From NCBI GenBank assembly GCA_904063045.1, contig CAJFCJ010000003.1, positions 2,714,504-2,778,503 of the forward strand: a stretch of 64,000 nucleotides of DNA. The letters run 5' to 3'. The stretch's first letter is position 1, and every line of letters begins with the position of its first letter. Position numbers and translations under genes: made by a program. The stretch comes from Dimorphilus gyrociliatus (taxonomy: Eukaryota > Animalia > Annelida). A model generated the notes under the pieces. That model was given only the letters and a program-made list of their open reading frames with translations, made no database searches and had not been told where the DNA came from. This document shows positions 39,801-51,283 of the stretch, piece by piece.

Positions 39801-42800
39801 GGATTTTCCTTTGCTATTGCTTTACTGCTTGGATTTTAACTGCGATTGTAGTTGATCGTTCAAGGTTTGTAAGAAGAAAAATGGGTGGACGTTTACCATT
39901 AAGTTTTAAGTGGTCGAAGAGAATGGTTTCTATAATCTGGATAATGGGTGTTGTTGGAACATCTCCAATGGGAATATTTTTTAGGAACAAATCAGTTCTG
40001 ATCAACGAAAGAGAGTTAACAATTTGCACTTTAATATGGCCAAAAACTGCAATAGGTGTCAGTTTATTAATAGTAATAGTTACTGTAACCGTTACCATGT
40101 TACTTCCTCTAGTAATAATCATCTATAGCTATGCAAGAATTATCAACGTACTAAAGAAATTAAGGAAGAGAAATCGAGAAGTTCTTACTGATTTTCAGCA
40201 AGCCCAACATATGAAAGAAAAGATTATGGCTAAACTATTATTAGCTATGATATTGAGCTTCTTTTTAACTTGGATACCAATATTTTCATTATTTTTTGTT
40301 CTGCTTTACGATTCTATTACTCAGAAATTATTAGCAACTTCAGTATTGATGGTTGTTACTACTTTAATAGCCCTATCTAATTCCATATCAATACCATTAA
40401 TTTATGGAAGTTTAACTGGAAAATTCAAATTAAAAAGATTGACTGAAGCAGTCCAGTTTATACATTCTAAAATAAGGAATATACGAAAAGATGGTAGAAA
40501 GATAAGCAATGTTATAAGTAGTTCCTCTCAGAGTTGAATAATCAATAGAAATATAAATATGAACTTACCCTAAAAGAACTTGAGCCGAGAGGTTCGCATA
40601 CTCCAGAATTAAAGCATGGATTATTTTGGCAAATTCTTGCAATTCCACAATCCTTTCCAACGAATTCTGATAGGCAGTTGCACTCGTAATCGTCAGAACC
40701 TTTAGGTCTTTTATGAATAGAAGATACGTGTTTTAAAAGTATATATATATATATATATATACGAAAATTATGAATAAAAAATAAATTTCAACCTGCATGT
40801 TCCTCCATTTTTACACGGCTGAACAACGCACGGTATATAACTTGAGCAATCCTTACCAGAGTAACCCTTAAGACATTCACAAGCATAGTCGTTTTGTCCA
40901 ACATTTAAGCATTTTCCATTATTTTTACAAGGTGACGAACTACACTTTAATGTTATTTCGCATTGTCGACCGGAAACATTAGGTTTACATTGACAGATGT
41001 AAAATGGTTCTTTGGAGGATTCAATACAAAATCCATCATTCTTACACGGTGTAGAAGAACAGTATAAAAATTTTTCACAATTGACACCTTCAATTTTGAA
41101 ACATTTTCTTTGTATTATGTAATACTCAAGTGTACGTAACTACCTGTATAATTTGAATGGCATTTACATTCAAAATCGTCACCTTTTGAGGTGCATGTAC
41201 CTCCATTAGAGCAAGGGTTACCGGCACATGAAAGGAATTTTTCACACCTTGAGCCAGTGTAATTTGTGGGACAAGTACAAAAGAATTTATTGTCTTTTAC
41301 TGAACAACTTCCTCTCAAACAAGGCAAACTTAGGCATGGGTCGTAATCTTCGCAACGATTTCCTTTATAGTTTTGGGGACATTTACAACTAGAAAACGGA
41401 AATAACTATTTAATTACTTCGAAATAAAATCATGCATGTCTGTTACCTATATTTTGAATCCTCCTTTACACATTTTCCATTGTTCAAGCATGGTTTCAAG
41501 GAGCAAGAATCAAATAAATCGCAATAAGTTCCGTAATAATTAGATTTACATTTACATTCGAAATTTTTACCATTAGCAATACAGTCTCCATTACTACAGG
41601 GGGAACTAGCACAGGGTTCTGCAGCTTCACAATTTCGTCCTTAAAAAACATATCATTCCAATTCAATATTAATCATTCATTTTGGATGATTAATACCTTG
41701 AAAATTTATTGGACATGTACACAAGTAATCGTTAGCTATTTGATTACAAATTCCTCTATTTTTACATGGATTGGGAGCACATGGATCAATTCTTCTTTCG
41801 CAAACATTTCCTTTTAAAAATCAATTAATCAATTAGTAAGTATATTTTTTTAACTGAATATATAGTTCTTATTTAAACAGAATATATATATATATATAAA
41901 CTATATTGGATTATAGTTATAGTAGTAATGTGTATCAATTTTTCAACCTGTAAATCCATGGTTACAATAGCATTGAAATTCATTGGGTTTCAAATTAGGG
42001 TTGCAAAATGGAACTCCCAATTTACAGCATAAACCACCATTCTTACAAGGAGAAGATGAACATGGATCTATCTCTATTTCACATTGAGATCCAGTAAAAT
42101 GTTCAGAACATTGACATTCAAATTTTCCAGGTAAATTTAGACAAGTTCCTCCTAAAATTTTAATACGTCGTTAAATAAAAAATGTTTTTCATTCTATTGT
42201 CAGTGTCATACCATTCTTGCATGGTTTCACAGCGCATTCGTCTGAATCAATTTGACATAATGAACCAGAAAATCCAGGTAAACAGAGACAAAAATGACGA
42301 TTTCCAGTAATACTAGGTGGAAAGCAGATGCCATAATTCCGGCAAGGGTCATCTGCAGGAGAGGCGATAGAGTATAGTAAGAATTTATGGTAAATTATCC
42401 ACATCAAATAGTTAGTATTATAATGATCTACTTGATAGCATACAGTATATATAGTATGTATTCAACTTATGAATGTACAGTCCCTCCCTTTAGTCCCATC
42501 TTTTCTTAAAGTACATCATTCCCTCCTTCTATCTCCCTATTACTATTCCAAGAATTTGTAAATATATTCAGCCTTTCTAAAAAAATCTACAATATGGCAT
42601 TTTTGTGTTCGTTGATAAAGTATGACTATTAATGACTATTACCTTGAACACAGAATTGATTCCTTTCACACCTTTGTCCAGCATATTGTTTAGGGCAATT
42701 ACATTTAAAAGTTTCTTTCTCTTCGACGCAGGAACCTCTGAGACAAGGATTCGATTCACAAGCTGTTAATTTTGATTCACACCTTAAACCTACAAATAGA

Positions 42801-44102
42801 AGAGATTTCTTTCACCCTATATATATATATATTTGTATAAAGAATTAAAACACCTTTAAAACCCGGTTTGCAATTGCAAGTATAACTACCGATCTGGTTA
42901 ATGCAAGTTCCACTATTAAGGCAGGGATTACTAGTACACTCATTTATGTCATTTTCGCACTGACGACCATAATAACCGTTTGAACAGGAGCACTTATAAG
43001 TTCTTCCAGAAGTATTATCAGTATTCTTTATGAAATAAAAATGACGATCATGTCAAAAATATCAATTATTATTTTCTTTTATATATAACAAAATTTACCT
43101 TCTGAAAAACTTACTTGACAATTTGCTCCGTTTAAACACGGTTTAGAATCACATGGTTTTAAGCCAGTTTCGCATTTTTTCCCACCAAAACCCGGTCTAC
43201 ATGAACAATGGAATGTGCCCCTTAATGGTGTACAAACTCCGTTCAAACATGGATTAGGATTACAAGACGATGGGTCAACTGTTGGTCTTATAGTAGGCCT
43301 AATACTTGTTTGCTGTGTTTTTAGTTAAAACCATACGAAAAATTTATATTAAAAAATCAGATTAAATACAAAGCTAAATAAAACTAATTAACTAATTACC
43401 TGATTAATTACTGTTTGAGTGAAAGACTCAGACGTCAAATCATTCTGAACAGTTGTGAAAGTATTCGTTAATTTAGTTGTTTTATCAGGTACAACAGATG
43501 TAAAATTAAATGGATCCTCCTGTTTAATATCACAAAGTTCGCCTCTCCAAGAAGGTGGACATTTGCATCTATAATAGGCGACTCTAATGTGCTGAGTGTA
43601 TTTGAAAGGAACGCAAGTTCCACCGTTCTTGCAATTGTGATTCACACAAGGATCTCCTATAATAGAAAATAATTTAAATTAATATAATAAGATAAGAATT
43701 AAAAATATTTTTTACTTACCTCCTCTACACGTTGCCGCGCTTTCATCGGCTCCTGTTTTACAATCTTTAGATCCATCACATAACCAAATTCCTAGAATAC
43801 AATCACTCGGATTGGTTGGATTTCCGCAAAATACTTGATAAATTGGCGGAACACTAGGACAGTTTTGTGGTAAAGGTTCTGCATTAAAAAAAAACTTAAA
43901 TAAATATTTTTAATAGATTTCTCTGAAAATAAGTTATATATAAAATATTAATTTATATGGTTGCCTTAGCAACAGAATTCCTATTTTTTTTCTTAATTAA
44001 AATATTCTTTTAATCTAAATTTTTTTAAATTACAACGAACTCACGAATATCGGCTGAAATAATGCTAATAATGCAAAACACAAAACTAATCAGAAGAAGC
44101 AT
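33838..44102 (-). CDS. Large secreted LDLa - EGF(n) - LamG protein, eyes shut/spacemaker (EYS)-like
   Basis: Signal peptide [17 protein letters not shown] (44102). LDLa exon ~43880-43720 ([20 protein letters not shown]). About 35 consecutive EGF repeats counted by eye from 43.65 to 36.57 kb, then LamG-EGF-LamG-EGF-EGF-LamG. Ends ..[20 protein letters not shown] at 33838 with no TM segment. Confidence 0.85.
39446..40537 (+). CDS. Intronless class A GPCR, FFAR4/GPR120 (long-chain fatty acid receptor)-like, nested antisense in an intron of the EYS-like gene
   Basis: 363-aa single ORF with seven hydrophobic segments. [10 protein letters not shown] resembles FFAR4 RTRFPFFSDV; [10 protein letters not shown] resembles EISICTLIWP; SFFLTWIPI resembles SFFIMWSPI. 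DRS sits at the DRY position. Comparison made against the human FFAR4 sequence from memory. Confidence 0.85.
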   Translation: MENEWNINKSYAFIQDSDYTSGRRYFFTFFSQFGPRSVSTIVIELFFLFFIKFLGFSLNIFHFVVLWKHRKPASVSIILEMNLCFSSFLGCVPLILISITRIYKRWIFHQFFCSFLVFGIFLCYCFTAWILTAIVVDRSRFVRRKMGGRLPLSFKWSKRMVSIIWIMGVVGTSPMGIFFRNKSVLINERELTICTLIWPKTAIGVSLLIVIVTVTVTMLLPLVIIIYSYARIINVLKKLRKRNREVLTDFQQAQHMKEKIMAKLLLAMILSFFLTWIPIFSLFFVLLYDSITQKLLATSVLMVVTTLIALSNSISIPLIYGSLTGKFKLKRLTEAVQFIHSKIRNIRKDGRKISNVISSSSQS

Positions 44103-44450
44103 ATCTTTTGGAATGTCTACTTTTTATTCAATAGCCATAATGCCAATTTATAGCAGATAGTACACGGTTAGATGACATAGATAAATAAACACTTCGTGAC
44201 AATGAGTGCACCTTTGAAGATCATGAATAAGTGTTATTGAATTTGTTTACAAAAGACGTTGGCGCCCGAAAAATGATATGTCCGGTTTCCTAATCCTACT
44301 ACATTTTTTGCTCGAAAGTTTACTCCTTCTGCATGGGGGGGCCATATTTTTAGGGACACTGAACATGTTTGGAGTTGTATTTGAATTCTATCAGCCTATA
44401 TTCGATTTTGCAAATTGTTTCCCCAAATTTCTTATATTATAAATTGAGTG
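44103..44450. promoter_or_regulatory. Divergent promoter region EYS-like/CZIB
   Basis: About 350 bp between head-to-head start codons. Confidence 0.55.
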
Positions 44451-45390
44451 ATGGGGGTAAGAAATTCACAGGGTTAATTATGATTCTGTAGAGTTTATTT
44501 AAATATTTAAAATTGCTAATCATTCCTCTAGAATTACTATTTACTTTAATGTAGCATTCAAGTTTTAATAGTCGATAATACCATAAGTAGCTTTGCTCTT
44601 TTGCTACGTTACAGAAAATTTCTCTCGAACTAAAAGCCAGATTGGAAAATGTAACTAACTTTAAAGCGGATGGAGAAGATTTTAGATGGTATTTGAAGGT
44701 ATGAAATAAACTATATCAATTATTAATTACTACAATCTGAAGGTTTTGAATCTATAAACCAGCTGAAATGTTTGAATTGCGGTGAAGAAACGCCAGATTT
44801 CGTCTATCTAACATTAACGGTAATATTAACCATGAAAGAGACTTTCTGAATTTAACTCTGTTTCCGCTTTTTAGGAAAATCAGCCTTTGAAAGGCGGAAG
44901 AGGTCATGCCAGCTTAGTCCTAAAGTGTAAATTGTGCAATAGAGAGAACTCTATCGGTAGGATGCTTAAGCTTTCAAGATATTTTTCTAATTATTCTTAT
45001 TTTATAGATATAATAAAGGATAGTATTAAAGAATATCTGGTTGAAGATTTTCCAAAATTCAAGCCATTTGTAACTTTTGATTGCAGAGGAGTTGAACCTT
45101 CCGCTTTCTCTCCTCGAGTTAGTTTTAATGTTGAAAAAGTTCATATCTAATTTATATAAAACCTTCAATATTTCATTTTAGACTGGCTTTAAAGCAAATG
45201 GAACCGGTGACAGACAATGTGAATTCGAAGACATTGATTTAAAAGAAGAGGTTGACTAAAATGAAATCTCTCAGTACTCTATTCCATAACATTTTGTATA
45301 TCTTTACAGGAATGGTGCGACTACGATGAAAAAAACAAACAAGAAGTTGGAATTTACGAACTAGAGTACCACTTTAAAGCAACCAAATAA
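44451..45390 (+). CDS. CZIB: CXXC motif-containing zinc-binding protein (C1orf123/DUF866 family)
   Basis: ATGGGG|gtaag at 44451, then KISLELKARLENVTNFKADGEDFRWYLK|LKCLNCGE..|..KGGRGHASLVLKCKLCNRENSI|..FDCRGVEP..|..EWCDYDEK..VGIYELEYHF. TAA at 45388-45390. Confidence 0.93.
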
Positions 45391-45511
45391 AACAGCAATC
45401 ATTTCTTTGAATATACTGTACATTGAAAAACTTGTGTATTAAGAATAAATACTGAGTTTTTAAAAATTTAAAACCCAAGATAATAAGTTGACTAAGTTTA
45501 TATCCAAAAGT

Positions 45512-46251
45512 TTAATATTGAAAACTTCTATGTGTTTTTATCTCATCTAAAATTGCTTGAATGTCATCATCTTCGAAACGGGACTCAAGACTGAAAAGAA
45601 GGATTTATAAATATATTGAACAAATTAAATTTAGGTCTCTCTTTTTTCAACCTTGGAATGAGCGACTTTGCCTCATCAGCCGTTTCAGGACATAAATTTG
45701 CCAAAGCTGCTAACTCGAATCTATGTAATTTCTTAGACATCAGCATCCTGTTAAAAATAAACTATTAAGAATATAAGCCACTTTTTTTGTATATACTTGC
45801 GTTCGAATAGCTGTAATTGTTTCCCTGTTTTTATACTTGCTAAACCTTTGACAGTAACTTAAAGTTTTCATAAACACTTCGGATAATTCAGTGTCATCAT
45901 CATTAGCCTCATTTTGTTGTTTTCTTTATTAAATTTAAAGCACATTAATATCTATAAGATTTTTAGCTAAAAAAATTTTATCTTACCGGTGTTCTAACAG
46001 CATTAACACTTCAGATGTGAGTAAAGTTTCGGCATTATCAAATTCTGCAGTGAACGAAATAAAAGAACGGTTTTAAATTTTGCTATTGCACACTATATAT
46101 ATACTTTTAGTAAAAATGGGCAAAACACAATATAATAAAATTTATTATTAAAATTTAAATATTTTGAATAAAACGATTAACCTTTCGGAAAAGTCAAATC
46201 CGATGCGTCTTCTTCTTGTTGATCAGATTGCTGGTTTGTGTTGGTCGCCAT
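45512..46251 (-). CDS. POLR2D: DNA-directed RNA polymerase II subunit RPB4
   Basis: Spliced: ..[11 protein letters not shown]|[20 protein letters not shown]|..ETITAIR|..[27 protein letters not shown]|[26 protein letters not shown]. Confidence 0.95.
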
Positions 46252-46358
46252 TTTAGTGGAACCGGATGTAGAGGCAATGCCGCTACTTCAAAATAAAAAT
46301 GGTGACTACCGCATAGTAAATCTTGTTTATACTTGCCTGTTGTATGTGATTTCGCAAT
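46252..46358. promoter_or_regulatory. Bidirectional promoter POLR2D/TK2
   Basis: Only 107 bp separate the two divergent ATGs. Confidence 0.7.
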
Positions 46359-47377
46359 ATGTTCAGTAGGATAACTACAATATTTTCACGTCACTTCTTC
46401 AGTCGCCAGGCTTCACGCAGGAGTGCGTGTGAATTTCCATTTAGTGGTAAATATTTTTCTTAACTAAGTCAGTACTGGAATAACAAATTTTTAATTTTAG
46501 AATCGATGTCTGGAGATTTATTAAAAAAACTATCGAAGTCAAATAAAAATGGAAATTTTACTGTAATCTAATTTAATGTTTTGAAATGCCTGTATAGTAT
46601 TAATATAGAGAAAAATTTTACAGGTTGCTGTAGAAGGCAACATAGCTTCCGGGAAAACGTGCCTACTAAATCACTTTGAAAAGTTTTCAAACGTAGAAGT
46701 ATTGACCGAACCGGTTAAAAAATGGAGAAATATCAAAGGGAAAAATGCTTTAGCTTTAATGTATGAAAACCCATCAAGATGGAGTATGACTTTACAAACT
46801 TACGTTCAATTAACAATGCTTCAGCAGCATTCAAAAGCACATGAGAAACAAGTTAAATTAATGGAAAGATCTATTTTTAGCGCAAAATATTGTTTTGTTG
46901 AAAATCTTTATCGAACGTAAATAGAAATAATTAATACCAATTTTTTATTGGTCATAATAGTAAATTATTCGAACTTATTCAGACAACGAATGGAGGAGAT
47001 TGATTATCTTGTTTTAACTGAATGGTTCGATTGGATTGTCGAAAATGGAAGCTGTGATTTAGATCTCATTGGTAAGTTTAGTCAGCAAATTTCTTGTCAA
47101 ATATCTAATTTATCAATGAATCGTACTTTCAGTATATTTACGAACCAAACCCGAAGTTCTATACGAAAGAATTAGAGAAAGAGGAAGAAATGAAGAGCAG
47201 ATTATTCCTCTCGAATATCTACAATCATTACATGAACTGCATGAAGATTGGCTTGTACATAAAGTGAAATTTAACTGTGAAACTCCAGTACTTATTCTTG
47301 ATGCCAATGCTAGTCTTGACGAAATGATATATTCCTACGAAGAGAATAAGAAGACAATCCTATGCGGAGTAGCGTAA
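46359..47377 (+). CDS. TK2: Deoxynucleoside kinase, thymidine kinase 2 / dNK family, with putative mitochondrial presequence
   Basis: P-loop [10 protein letters not shown]; EPVKKWRN; [13 protein letters not shown]; [33 protein letters not shown]. The Arg/Ser-rich N-terminus [21 protein letters not shown] depends on a non-ideal gtgcgt donor. Confidence 0.88.
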
Positions 47378-47558
47378 ATAAGCCTATGTTTACTATTCGG
47401 GTAAGGTAACAAGATTCGAAAACAGAGTCTAATTAGTCATTAAACATTCGAAACTGAAAGTTGAAAAGTTACACTTGTTATTTTTGTTGTAAAACTTATT
47501 GTATTATTCTATAAAGAAAAATATAAAAATTATGAAAAGTAGTCATAACACGTTGATA

Positions 47559-49140
47559 TTATTTAACTACTTTGGATAAATTAGCTGAAATTTTCTCTAA
47601 AACAGAATTTATATAGTTTTCATCATTTAAATTCTTTAATTTACCCTCTTCTACGCCCATATCAAAAGATGGTCCATATTCTGTGAAGTATTCATGCTCA
47701 GGTATATCTTCTGGTAGTTCAGTATCGCAAACTGCAGCAGTTACAGCTGTCCAGCACTTTGCTGCATTTATTTCGTCGTAACCTCCCCCTCCAAGCATTA
47801 TTATTGGAACATCTGATTGTTATAATCTCGATTAATAAAACTTTAATTCTACTGATGCAAAAATATTTACCCAAATCATTCAGCTTTTTAGCCACATGTA
47901 CGAAAGCACCATCAGTTAGGTTAAAGGCTGCAGTCGGATCTCTTGATAAACCATCTACGCCACATTGTAGAACTATAGCATCAGCACTAAATACGTTTGA
48001 AACTTCCTTTAAGACCCTAAAACAAATAATAATACAAAATTAAGTGGCACCTTGTATAAGTGCGAACCTATCAAATACATAACAAAACATTGTATCGTTG
48101 ATACCACTCTTCAACGGAACGTTAACGTTACATCCAGTTCCTGAGGCTATACCAATTTCTTCTACTGAACCAGTTCCCGGATAAAATCCACGAGAGTAAT
48201 TGTGAAAAGATACAGTCATAATATTCTTTGAATGTTCAAAAGCTTCTTGAACACCATCACCGTGATGAGCATCAACATCAATATAGAGAATTTTCTTGAA
48301 TTTCTTCCTTTTTAGATTATTATTGAAAGAAAAATTCAAAAAATTATGTTGACATATTTTAAAATATGAATTTATTTCCTACCTTAAATGTAATATTCCA
48401 ATAACAATATCGTTTACATAACAATATCCGGAAGCTCTTCCTCTATGAGCATGGTGCCATCCACCATTCCAATTAATAACCGTTCTACAAACCCCCATTA
48501 TAAGAGCCTGAACAGCCGTTAAAGTACCACCAGCAACGCTTGTGACATAATCGAACAGTCCGTCAAATATTTCGCAATCGTATCGAAGATCAAATTCAGC
48601 GGCTTTCTCTTCAAAAGACTCGTTAAACTCTGCAACGTTGGCAGTAGCTTCCAAAAACTCAACATAGTCAGACGAATGAAATAGTTTTAGGTGATTTGTA
48701 GTGGCTTTTCTTGGTGATATTATGCTAAAATATTATAGAAAATAAGAAACTTTATTTACTAAAAAACTACTAATGTTATAAATTTCCAATTATTTACATA
48801 CGTTGCATTAGTCAATAGTCCACACGACTTAATTAATTCATGTGTTAATGCTGCCTAAAAATCAAATTTAACTATAAAGTAATATTGTTTTGCATATGCA
48901 TGAGTGATACTTTACCCTATTACCAATTTTTGGCATAGTACATTTTTCTATATAGTCCGGGCTATAAACATAGCCGATATTTGGCTTTCTCGTAATGATA
49001 ACGCAGGAACTCTCTCCATGAACTTCTAACTTTCCGCCAACAGACGCCATTGTCAGCTGTGGTTGGCTGGTTACTTGGTCAGAGTTGACATTATATTCGA
49101 ATTTACTAGTGACATCTGCCTTATTGTATTGAGTCACCAT
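47559..49140 (-). CDS. HDAC8: Class I histone deacetylase 8
   Basis: YVYSPDY; RYDC; NWNGGWHHAH; YCYVND; YIDVDAHHGDGVQEAF; GFYPGTG; QCGVDGLSRDP; GGGGY; IPEHEYFTEYGP. These follow the HDAC8-specific pattern. The start may be 49140 or the downstream in-frame MASVGG. Confidence 0.92.
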
Positions 49141-49242
49141 TAAATAGTATGGTTTGTGGAAATAGGTTGCAACATATATATTTTGTATGTAATGAATAAA
49201 ATCTTTCAGAACTACAAGCTATAAGAGATTTAAATTAACTTA
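49141..49242. promoter_or_regulatory. Bidirectional promoter HDAC8/SLC36-like
   Basis: About 100 bp between the divergent ATGs (about 190 bp if HDAC8 starts at MASVGG). Confidence 0.6.
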
Positions 49243-50911
49243 ATGATGGAAGATCAGAGCGAGACACAAGACAAGGCTATTATAGATGAAGTTGGGGAGA
49301 GGTATTACTTTAATTAACTAATTCAATAATTGTATAGCTGTACTGTCATATGTCTAGAGAATTATCATGGTATCATTATATTGGAGATTTAGCTAATATT
49401 ACGAAAGCATTCATAGGAACAAACTATCTTGCAGTAGCTTTTGGTTTTTCACAAGCTGGACTTATTCCTGGAATTTGTGGCCTTATACTTATTGCAGTCT
49501 TAACAGATCACGGATGTCAGCTGATGGTTCGATGTAAGCATAGGATAATTCGTTTTATTTGTGCACTATATCCGAATGTTCTGGAAGAAGACTGCACAAA
49601 AGTTAGAATTAAATTAGAAAGAACTGTTGGATATGGTGACCTTGCTCATCATGTTCTTGGAGAAATGGGCTATCATGTTGTTCAAGCCTCTGTGTTCATA
49701 ACTCAGTATCTAACGTGTGTCCAATATTTTATATTCTTAGGAAATTCGATTCATAAAATGTTTCCAGTCGATCATCATTCTAATTCAACAATCAATCATA
49801 CGCTACCCACGGCAGAACCTATTTCAACCGCACCAAATTTGAAATTGCTAATACTAATCCCCTTGCCAATAATTTTGCTGCTGATTCTTATACAAAGAAT
49901 ACGACTTCTATCACCTTTTAGCGCAATAGCTAGCTCTTTATTAGTGATTGGAGCATTGGGAGTTTTTGTATACGTGTGTAAAGGTTTCCACATCACATCT
50001 AATTTTGATTATGCGAAATTGTATACTCTACCAATATTTTTTGGACAATTAACAAATTCCTACGAAGGAATAGGATGTGTTTTACCTATTGAATCGAGCA
50101 TGGATGGTAACAGATATTTATTCCCAACATTTTTACGAGTAGCTATAGCATTCGTTTGGGTGATACTTGTTTCTTTTGGTATTCTTGGTTATTTACGTTA
50201 TGGAAATACTGTAAATCAATTGATTATTTTATCTTTGGAAAATATATCTGTAGTTACTTCTATACTCATTAACGTAACTTTAATGACAAGTGTGATATTT
50301 ACCTTTCCCCTCCAAGCATTCCCAGTTTGGCAAATAGCCGAATGTTATATCTTTTCAGGACACTGTAGACCGAAAAAATCTATTCTTTGTGGGTGAGAAT
50401 TATTTTTCTAAACCGAAAAGATAAAAATAGAATATTGTTTGTTTAGATAACAAATTTATCTAACTAATTGAAGCTTCTATTAATTTTTGTATCTGTTTTT
50501 AGGCACGTAAAAACCGCTCTAAGTGTTTCTAGAAGTGAGTCAGAGTCGCTACTGAATGACGTATCACATCAAAGTAGTTATGGAACAACTCAAACTTTAG
50601 AAGACTTAGTGGAAGAAGAAAAAATACCTCTATGGAAAAAGAATGTACTTCGTACTATTCTACTTTTTACTCAGGTTGGATTAGCAATTCTCTTAAAAGA
50701 TGCTTTTGCATACGTCAGCGCTTTTACTGGAGCTATTGGATCCTCTTTACTGTCGTATATTTTACCGTGTACAATTCATCTTAAAGCTCGTTGGGTCGAA
50801 TTAAAAAAGATAATCATATTTAAAGATTTCTTAATATTAATCTTTGCAACAGTCGCAAGTACACTTACCATTGTACTACTGATATATGAAATTGTTAAAG
50901 GTCCTCTGTGA
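49243..50911 (+). CDS. Amino acid transporter, Aa_trans/AAAP superfamily (SLC36/PAT-like), 3 exons
   Basis: ANITKAFIGTNYL..GFSQAG, YGDLA, YFIFLG, FFGQLTNSYEGIGCVLPIESSM, FGILGYLRYG, FTFPLQAFP and GAIGSSLLSYILP, with about 11 hydrophobic segments. Confidence 0.9.
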
Positions 50912-51283
50912 GGATATCAAATTTAGTTCAAACATCCTAAGTCTCAGTTATGTATACGTTAAAATTTCTGTGACTTTCCTACAGCTTCATATTCTATTTT
51001 CAGTATAAAATACAGCAATTTATCCTTAAATATTTATTGTTTTCAACCACTTAAGATTAACAACACCATTGCTAAATGTTTTATCATTTTTTAGAAATAT
51101 CTAATTATTTTAGTCTACATCCAAATACTCTGATTTACAGTTGTATTTTTTATTTTTATGCTTTAATATTTTGAGACAACTTCTTAATACATTGTTAAGT
51201 AAAGTATCAATTATTAGTATTGTTACTATTAAATGCAAACATTTCGAATAATTACTTATAATGTACACAAAATATTTGATAGC

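Noticed and set aside
33838-44102. Calling the EGF gene Notch, Crumbs or fibropellin
   Set aside because: No LNR or ankyrin repeats, no TM or ERLI tail, and no CUB or avidin domain. It ends in LamG followed by a stop.
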